14,361 nucleotides of DNA from Macrostomum lignano (taxonomy: Eukaryota). This document shows positions 1 to 7,154 of this stretch, piece after piece (within the stretch, counting starts at the first letter, position 1; each line of letters opens with the position of its first letter). Where the stretch lies: positions 1 to 14,361 of the forward strand of contig NIVC01005263.1 in the NCBI GenBank assembly GCA_002269645.1, given 5' to 3'. The notes under the pieces were generated by a model. The model saw only the letters and a list, made by a program, of their open reading frames with translations, searched no databases and had not been told where the DNA came from. Position numbers and translations under genes: made by a program.

Positions 1-2
1 GC

Positions 3-269
3 TGGAGAGCGAGCACGGCGCAGGCACAGAGCACTGCTGCTCAACTTGTCTGCCAACCCGGCGGCACCGGCGGTGTGACGTCATCGCAGTTGCCGGGCAA
101 CGCGGAGCACAGCATCCGCAGTCTGATGCAGCTGGAGGAGGAGATGGCGACTGGACGAGCCGCGATGCCTGGCGCTGATGCTCAGCAGCAACCGCCGCCA
201 GTCATTGTCAGGGGTCTGGTGCAGCCGCCGGAGCTCAAGGAGGGCGAACGATTGGGTCTGCAGCTGCAG
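3..269 (+). CDS. Kettin/sallimus-like titin-family gene, exon (5' partial): end of an Ig domain, linker, start of the next Ig
   Basis: Frame from 3 reads ...QAQSTAAQLVCQPGGTGGVTSSQLPGNAEHSIRSLMQLEEEM...QQQPPPVIVRGLVQPPELKEGERLGLQLQ. It ends at CAG|GTGAGG (donor 270, phase 0). 'PPVI..L.P.ELKEGE' is an I-set A/A' strand; 'VTSSQLPG..LMQLE' matches the linker in the next exon. Confidence 0.85.
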
Positions 270-949
270 GTGAGGATTCAACTACTTAAGTAAGGGACGT
301 TGACACTTTTTGGCAGCGGTGACGGCATCGTGCGAAATTCCCGGGTCGATTTGGAGCGGCGGTGACGTGCTTTTCATCTGACTTACGCATTTACAGTAAT
401 ACCACATGGGGGCCGACCACAGAGGCACAGTGTACACATGCCTGATGATAAGAAGTTTAGGCCCACTATACAACCTGTGAGAATGCTCAGGTGTCAGTGT
501 AATTGGCTAAACTGCTTGCCTCCGCGCCTTGATTTGCGACAGTGTCAAAAAAGGACGATTTTCTTAGAAATGAGCTGGAATTCGGTAAGGAACGCATGCC
601 TACGAGTAGCTGTCGTATCGTTGGTGTTTTTGTGTTCTATGGTATGGTATGGTTCTATGGTATCGTCTATGGTATAATGATAGATTTTGTCTGTGGTTTT
701 GGAGGCAGACATTGGCTCATTAATGTGTTCGTATCTTTAGTAGCCTTGAATAACGATTTCAAAGCGTTGAAAAATGAGCGTATAGCGTTCGGTTATCGTT
801 TAGCCATGGTAGAATCTCTTCTAATGATAGTTTTATTTTAGCATCTTATCACGTGGTCTTAGACTACCGTCGCGAGTAGAAACACAGAAATTTTACTCAC
901 TTTCTTTACTAAAAACAGATTGGTAAAATTAAAACTCACAAAACTGCAG

Positions 950-1251
950 ATTGAGCCGGCCAGAGACGGCAACCTGAGCGTCGACTGGTTGAAGGACGGC
1001 CAAGCGGTGACGCTGGGCTCGCGGGTGCACACGACTGCGAGAGGGGTCTTGCCTGGTTGCAGATCGGGCACTGCTATGCCGAAGACTCCGGCCAGTACTG
1101 GGCGGTGGTGCGCAATCGGTCTGGCGCAGTTGAAAGCAACCGAGTCGCCGTACTGTGGCCACGCGAGCGAGTCGGTGGTGACGCGAACGCAGTTACCCGG
1201 AGGTGCACAGGGCTTTCAACGGCTAGAGGATCTTGAGCGACAGTGGAGAGA
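950..1251 (+). CDS. Kettin-like gene exon: Ig I-set core plus linker, with an internal compensating -1/+1 indel pair
   Basis: Acceptor CTGCAG|950 (phase 0) and donor GA|GTGAGT at 1252 (phase 2). Reads IEPARDGNLSVDWLKDGQAVTLGSRVHTT, then in a shifted frame ERGLAWLQIGHCYAEDSGQYWAVVRNRSGAVESNRVAVL, then back in frame HASESVVTRTQLPGGAQGFQRLEDLERQWR. The 'EDSGQY' and 'N..G' Ig motifs appear only in the shifted frame. Confidence 0.88.
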
Positions 1252-1448
1252 GTGAGTTACAGTTTCTGGCGGCTAATTTACAGTCCAAAAATTTGCTGGA
1301 CGTCCTTCGGTTGGCGTCTAAATACGTAGGAATCATTCAGATTGTAAAAGTTCTTCTGTGGCATAGACTTTCTCCCCTCGTAAAGATCTGTAAATTCTGT
1401 ACAAACGCGCTCGAAATTCACTTTAAATGAAACACCCGCAACCTCCAG

Positions 1449-1635
1449 GGCTCCGATCGGACCCGAGGAGTTTCAATTCCGCGAATTTGTTGAGCCGCAG
1501 TCTCAGCCTCACTTCGACATCATGCCGGAGTCCGTAACCGTATGCGAAGGCTATCCGGCAAAGTTTCTGGTGAAGCTCAGCGGTTTCCCAAGGCCTCGAG
1601 TGGCCTGGTATCTTAACGAGCAGATGATTGCTTCC
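1449..1635 (+). CDS. Kettin-like gene exon: N-terminal half of an Ig I-set domain
   Basis: Acceptor CTCCAG|1449 completes the GA|G (Glu) codon. Reads APIGPEEFQFREFVEPQSQPHFDIMPESVTVCEGYPAKFLVKLSGFPRPRVAWYLNEQMIAS, then donor GTAAGC at 1636 (phase 0). Not in the ORF track because it has no start codon. Confidence 0.9.
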
Positions 1636-2077
1636 GTAAGCCCTTGGATTTTATCATACCGTTGAATAGATGATACTATAGCTACTTGTCATTATACTCA
1701 TCGCTTGAGACACAACAAGATACTTCTGTCTTGCTCTTCTAGTTGAAACTACATATGTATTTTTGCTCGTAATACAAACCTATGATGTACATGATCGTTC
1801 GCGTTATGAAATACCAAACAACAATCCGTACCATAACCCTAACCTGCATCACCAGCCTTATTTACCTTTGATGAATCTGAAACAATATGGCAACCGCTGT
1901 ATCTTTCACTATGTACCATTAGTTTCGTAAAGATGACGATTTATCTTGTGTCTTATGTCTTGTGTCTTGACTGCAAAGGTGTCCAACACGTGGCACCGTG
2001 TCTGTCTCTAAGCTACGGTCGCAGTCACAATTTTATTGGATGAAAGTGGTTACTTATAGCTCGATTAAAGTTGTGGC

Positions 2078-2470
2078 GGTCTTGATGTCGGTGCAAATTT
2101 CTTGATGTTGGTGCAGCTGTCTTGACGTTGGTGCAACTGTCTTGATTTTGGCGCAACTGTCTTCATTTTAATGCAACTGGCTTGATGTTGGTGCAACTGT
2201 CGTGTCGTTGATGGTGCAACTGTCATGACGTTCGTGCAACTGTCGTGACATTGGTGCAACTGTCTTGATATTGGTGCAACTGTCTTGACATTGGTGTAAC
2301 TGTCTTGACATTGGTGCAACTGTCTTGACGTTCGTGCAACTGTCTTGACATTGGTGCAACTGTCTTGACGTTCGTGCAACTGTCTTGACATTGGTGCAAC
2401 TGTCTTGATTTTTATGCAACTGTTTCGATTTCAATGCAATTGTCTTGACGTGATAGAAACTGTCACAATT
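2078..2470. repeat. Intronic 20-nt minisatellite (consensus TGTCTTGACATTGGTGCAAC), about 19-20 copies
   Basis: 20-nt period is visible directly (e.g. 2281-2400), most homogeneous in the centre and degenerate at the edges. It explains the 20-aa-periodic minus-strand ORFs 2065..2391 and 2168..2434. Confidence 0.95.
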
Positions 2471-2653
2471 TTGATGTCACTGAACTCGGTTGTGCCGTTG
2501 ATGAAGTCCATCAGCTCAATTTGATTGCACAGTCGTGTTAATTACTTTTCTGTTTCCCTTTGCTTTTAAATTTTACCTCGTGTGAATAAAAATTTTTTTA
2601 TATAAACTTACACAATACATTTCCAACTTGTCAAGCTCCACTTTTCCTAACAG

Positions 2654-2710
2654 GACTCGGACGAGGTTAATGAAACTGAAAGTGTCAGCAATAACATTGA
2701 CACAAGCGAT
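2654..2710 (+). CDS. Candidate 57-nt in-frame micro-exon (DSDEVNETESVSNNIDTSD) of the kettin-like gene
   Basis: Flanked by CCACTTTTCCTAACAG (acceptor 2652-2653) and GAT|GTAAGG (donor 2711). It is 19 codons, phase 0-0, stop-free, and matches the phase-0 junction 1635/3234. Confidence 0.6.
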
Positions 2711-3233
2711 GTAAGGCTGCTTATATTGCATTAGTGTGCACATTCGAGTAATCTACTGCTAGTAGTCAGTATAAACTATTGATTTTTTTGCGTCGCAGCG
2801 GCAAAAGGAGCGCACGGCTTTGTAAAAAATCTAGCTTCAGCTTCAATAGAGGCGTTCGACGGAAGAAAATTTAGACAAATTTTGTTGTTAATTATGCATC
2901 CTGCCCCATCAGCTGCGAAAAGCGCTTTGCTAAGTGGTGACTTTATTGTATTTTCGCACTATTATCACAGATATGAATTGTAGAACGCCCAAATAGTCGT
3001 GTGCTTCAGTGTTAGAGTTGCTTACCCAAATTGAATTTCGTTTATAGTACTCAATGTTGTAAATGTAAAATGTATAGAATTACTGTAAGAACAGGTGCAA
3101 AACTTATTGTTTAATTGAAGTGACTGTGCACTGCTTATGTTGCTGCTTTTCAAGCGCATAAATCTACCAGATTTTACCATTTTTCGTTCGTTTTTCACAG
3201 TCACTCGCAAACGAATATTTTAATAACTTCCAG

Positions 3234-3420
3234 ACTTCGAACTGCAAGGTGTACCACGATGGCTCGATCAACTACTTTGAGATCCTGCGCTGCAAGGACA
3301 TCGGCGACACTCGGTTGCGCGTGCTCGCTCGCAACCCTCTCGGCCAGATCTTCGCCGAAGCCACTCTGACAGTCATGCCCGTTGAAGACTTTAGGCCTGA
3401 GCTGAAGCACGTGGAACCGG
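3234..3420 (+). CDS. Kettin-like gene exon: C-terminal half of the Ig domain and post-Ig segment
   Basis: Acceptor TTCCAG|3234. Reads TSNCKVYHDGSINYFEILRCKDIGDTRLRVLARNPLGQIFAEATLTVMPVEDFRPELKHVEP, donor G|GTGAGC at 3421 (phase 1). From recall, 'Y.DG...I', 'ARN..G' and 'D(F/Y)R..LKH' resemble the terminal kettin Ig of Drosophila Sls and nematode kettin. Confidence 0.88.
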
Positions 3421-3762
3421 GTGAGCAGCCTTGCAGGGAGATGTTGCTCGGATCATATTGTTCAGTCTCTGTCCTGAAATGCATGAAAATGAGTGTCTAC
3501 TGAGTGAGTTAGTTTGTCTCACATCATGGGTGCATAGCGGCCCTGACATTACCACTTGGGGTTATGGCCCTCCGGTGGCCGTGAATGGCATGACAAGCTC
3601 TAACGGAATCCGACCCAGGTTTACTTTGGCAAGATATTCATAGAAGTTTTAGCCCTTGCATAAAAGCAGATGTGCTTGTCATGATCATACGTCTGAAAAG
3701 CTGTGTTTGTTCGTCTCTCAAATTGCAAAAAAGTGCAAAGAACCTCGTTTTCCTATTAACAG

Positions 3763-3879
3763 AGGCGTCCAACTTCAAGCGACTATTGGAGCTGCGCAAG
3801 GTGGAACGATCGGAGGAACTGGAGAGCAAAATCAATAGACCGAAGCCGTCAGTGACCGACATTCTGCGCGTTGAACGGG
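3763..3879 (+). CDS. Kettin-like gene exon (117 nt, phase 1-1)
   Basis: Acceptor TTAACAG|3763 completes G|AG. Reads ASNFKRLLELRKVERSEELESKINRPKPSVTDILRVER, donor G|GTACGA at 3880. GC-rich coding composition between AT-rich introns. Confidence 0.8.
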
Positions 3880-3954
3880 GTACGAAAATGTTTCATCTTT
3901 TTATATTTTAATCGCAGAAGCTGGCGTTCAACTACTGGCGACTTCATTTCACAG

Positions 3955-6185
3955 AGTCCGATCTGAAGGCGAGGCTGTTCCGTGATCCCGAGGTTGAGCA
4001 AGCGGAGCTGATGTACACCAACGTGCAGGCCAACCTGCGAGGAGGGCATTACGCAGGAATGTTGGAATCCCAGCAGCACGGGCTACCTCAGCAGAATCAG
4101 GTTCCGCAGCATCAGCAACAGCTTCAGCAGCAGCCTCAGCAACAGCTTCAGCAGCAGCCTCAGCAACAGCCTCAGCAGCAGCCTCAGAAGCAGCAGATGC
4201 AGCCTCAGCAGCAACAGCAGATTCGTCCTCAGCAACAGCAGATGCAGCCTCAGCAGCAACAGCAGATGCAGCCTCAGCAACAGCAGATGCAGCCTCAGCA
4301 GCAACAGCAGATTCGTCCTCAGCAACAGCAGATGCAGCCTCAGCAGCAACAGCAGATGCAGCCTCAGCAACAGCAGATGCAGCCTCAGCAGCAACAACAG
4401 ATTCGTCCTCAGCAGCAACAGCAGATGCAGCCTCAGCAACAGCAGATTCGTCCTCAGCAGCAACAGCAGATGCAGCCTCAGCAGCAGATGCAGCCTCAGC
4501 AGCAACAGCAGATGCAGCCTCAGCAGCAACAGCAGATGCAGCCTCAGCAGCAACAGCAGATTCGTCCTCAGCAGCAACAGCAGATTCGTCCTCAGCAGCA
4601 ACAGCAGATGCAGCCTCAGCAGCAGCAGATGCAGCCTCAGCAGCAACAGCAGATTCGTCCTCAGCAACAGCAGATGCAGCCTCAGCAGCAACAGCAGATG
4701 CAGCCTCAGCAACAGCAGATGCAGCCTCAGCAGCAACAGCAGATTCGTCCTCAGCAACAGCAGATGCAGCCTCAGCAGCAACAGCAGATGCAGCCTCAGC
4801 AGCAGCAGATGCAGCCTCAGCAGCAACAGCAGATTCGTCCTCAGAAGCAACAAATGCATCCTCAACAACAGCAGGTTCGTCTACAGGAACAGCATGTGCA
4901 ACCGTCACAGCAGCTGCCTGCTCAGAATCAGCAAGTTGTCCCAAAGCTAGAATCCCCTATCAAGCAGCTGCAACAGCAGCAGAAATCGCAACCCCAGCCT
5001 CAGCAGATGCAGGTAGCGATGCACCAGCAAATAGTGTCTGAAGATGCTGGAAACCAGATGCGCGTGGCGCAGTCTCAACCGCCACCACAAGTGCAGGCGT
5101 CACAGCCGCAGGTGCAGCCACCTCAGGTGCAGGTGCAGCCACCTCAGGTGCAGGTGCAGCCACCTCAGGTGCAGGTGCAGCCACCTCAGGTGCAGGTGCA
5201 GCCACCTCAGGTGCAGGTGCAGCCACCTCAGGTGCAGGTGCAGCCACCTCAGGTGCAGGTGCAGCCACCTCAGGTGCAGGTGCAGCCACCTCAGGTGCAG
5301 GTGCAGCCACCTCAGGTGCAGGTGCAGCCACCTCAGCCGCAGGTGCAACCACCTCAGGTGCAGGTGCAGCCACCTCAGCTACAGGTGCCGCCACCCGAAC
5401 CACAAGCGCCGCCACCTCCGCCAGTGGCGACGGAACAGGAATTCAAGAAGGCGGAACCTGAAGTCAAGCTATCGGAACCGGAAGCGAAACCAGCTGAACC
5501 GGAAGCGAAACCAGTCGGACCGGAAGCGAAACCAGCTGAACCGGAAGCGAAACCAGCCAAACCGGAAGCGAAACCAGCCGAACCGGAAGCGAAACCAGCC
5601 GAACCGGAAGCGAAACCAGCTGAACCCGAAACGAAACCTACTGAACCGGAAGCGAAACCAGCCGAACGGGAAGCGAAACCAGCCGAACCGGTAGTGAAAC
5701 CAGCCGAACCGGTAGTGAAACCAGCCGAACCGGAAGCGAAACCAGCCGAACCGGAAGCGAAACCTACTGAACCGGAAGCGAAACCTACTGAACCGGAAGC
5801 GAAACCTACTGAACCGGAAGTGAAACCTACTGAACCGGAAGCGAAACCAGCCGAACCGGAAGTGAAACCTGCTGAACCGGAAGCGAAACCTACTGAACCG
5901 GAAGCGAAACCTACTGAACCGGAAGCGAAACCAGCCGAACCGAAAGCGATACCAGCCGAACCGGAAGCGAAACCAGCTGAACCGGAAGTGAAACCAGCTG
6001 AACCGGAAGTGAAACCTGCTGAACCGGAAGCGGAAGCTGTAAAAAATGAAGCGAATCAGAATCTCGAAGACGCACCGGAACAGAAGCAACAGGAATCAAC
6101 CGAAGACCAATCCGATGCCCTGGACGTTGAAGCCCAAGCTGAATTCTTGATCGAAGACATTCTGGAGCTAACAGCGACTGAGTGA
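3955..6185 (+). CDS. Large low-complexity exon (probably terminal): Gln-rich, PPQVQVQ and EPEAKPA PEVK-like repeats
   Basis: Acceptor TTCACAG|3955 (phase 1) joins in frame to ORF 4011..6185, which stays open for 2.2 kb through three repeat blocks and ends at TGA 6183-6185. The ATG at 4011 is an internal Met, not a start. An alternative acceptor at 3917 is possible. Confidence 0.82.
4110..4860 (+). repeat. Coding Gln-rich repeat: 21/24-nt units (MQPQQQQ[Q], IRPQQQQ[Q])
   Basis: CAGCCTCAGCAGCAACAGCAGATG-type units. ATTCGTCCT (IRP) variants at 4221, 4311, 4401, 4446, 4560, 4584, 4653, 4743 and 4833. Confidence 0.95.
5118..5327 (+). repeat. Ten identical 21-nt coding repeats (CCACCTCAGGTGCAGGTGCAG = PPQVQVQ)
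   Basis: 5118 + 10x21 = 5328, where the first variant unit (PPQPQVQ) begins; degenerate copies continue to ~5390. Confidence 0.95.
5475..6020 (+). repeat. 26 x 21-nt coding repeats, EPE(A/V)KP(A/T), PEVK-like
   Basis: GAACCGGAAGCGAAACCAGCC-type units at exact 21-nt phase from 5475 to 6020, with several synonymous and non-synonymous variants. Confidence 0.95.
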
Positions 6186-6325
6186 ATTTTTTCAACTCGT
6201 AATCTATGCTGACCTAATTAATTTAGCCCAATGAAAACCTTAGAAAATAACAATTATAGCCTTTCGAAACTTGTTTGGTCTCTCCCCTTTGCTTTGTCCA
6301 CACATGATTAAAGCATATATAAAAC

Positions 6326-6331
6326 AATAAA
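6326..6331 (+). promoter_or_regulatory. Candidate polyadenylation signal AATAAA for the kettin-like transcript
   Basis: AATAAA about 140 nt after the TGA at 6185, with ATTAAA at 6307-6312 and T-rich sequence downstream. The region is AT-rich, so a chance match is possible. Confidence 0.5.
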
Positions 6332-6690
6332 TTTCTTTAATTCGTAGATCTCTGATTCGTGTCTAGCCCTCCCTCACCATCTCCTCACCGGCTGCCCCGT
6401 CTTACCCGCCATAAAATCTGTTGTTTTCGATTTCGCCAGTGAACTCGCTAAAAATCAATACACACTACTAACCACCGATACTAGAATAACTGGATATGTC
6501 AACACGCTATGTTAGTTATGAAAAAGTAGAGGGTCTACTCTTTTTCAGTTGTTTTTCTGCGCAGTGTCACCTAAATTTAATGTGGCAGCTAAAATTTCCT
6601 TTCTTTTGGATTTTTGCGGCCTCGGGGACATATGGGGTTGAGAATGAACAATAAGTATTTGACTCGACGTGCACAAGTGAACGCAAGAGG

Positions 6691-6929
6691 GACGAACCTC
6701 AGCCTACGCAAGGCCCAATCTAGCCCAGCCAATGAAAGAGCAGTTAAGGAGAGAAGTCAAAGTCAGACGGACGAGACTCAGCCTAGGGGCAAGGCCCACT
6801 CTAGCCCAGCCAATGAGAGACCAGTAAGGAGAGAGGGCGAAGTCAGACGGACGAAACTCCGCCTAGGGGGCAGGCCCAATCCAGCCCAGCCAATGAGAGA
6901 GCAGTAAAGGAAGAGGTCAAAGTCAGACC
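6691..6929 (+). repeat. Three tandem 79/80/80-nt repeats (probable 81-nt, 27-codon unit); each contains AGCCAATGA
   Basis: Units start at 6691, 6770 and 6850 (GACGA...AGCCCAGCCAATGA...AGTCAGAC). Confidence 0.9.
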
Positions 6930-7093
6930 ACAAGCGGGCAAGAGAAAAGCCAAACTGTTTATCGGCCTGGTCTGCTTGTAGAAAGAAACGAGCCAGAAGC
7001 GATCGTTGCAGCTTCAAAAAACTTAAATAAATTTTATCATTATAAAGGCCAAAAACGCTCATTTTGCTACTGTGAGTGAAATGTATAGTTATT

Positions 7094-7154
7094 CTTGTAT
7101 GGCTTTAGTTAAGCCATACAAGCTAAAATGGCTTTTTTTAGCTAAGCTAAAAAA
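7094..7154. other. Two adjacent perfect inverted repeats (potential hairpins)
   Basis: CTTGTATGGCTT-tagtt-AAGCCATACAAG (7094-7122, 12-bp arms) and TTTTTTAGCT-a-AGCTAAAAAA (7134-7154, 10-bp arms). Confidence 0.8.

Noticed and set aside
635-680. Short (TATGG)n-like run in the first intron and the overlapping hydrophobic ORF 542..841
   Set aside because: Degenerate simple repeat. The hydrophobic translation reflects T-rich intron composition.
2065-2434. Two repetitive minus-strand ORFs (SRQLHQCQDSCTNVKTVA...)
   Set aside because: A 20-nt unit translates with 60-nt period; it lies in an intron and has no other coding evidence.
2799-2825. Acceptor-like TTTTTTTGCGTCGCAG followed by RQKERTAL-stop
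   Set aside because: No frame-preserving donor (23 nt to GTAAAA) and no supporting poly(A) signal; probably cryptic.
3949-4944. 331-aa Ala-rich minus-strand ORF, plus Leu/His-, Arg/Cys- and Phe/Arg-rich ORFs between 4083 and 6195
   Set aside because: Shadow frames of the 21/24-nt coding repeats. The + frame joins the spliced Ig exons in phase.
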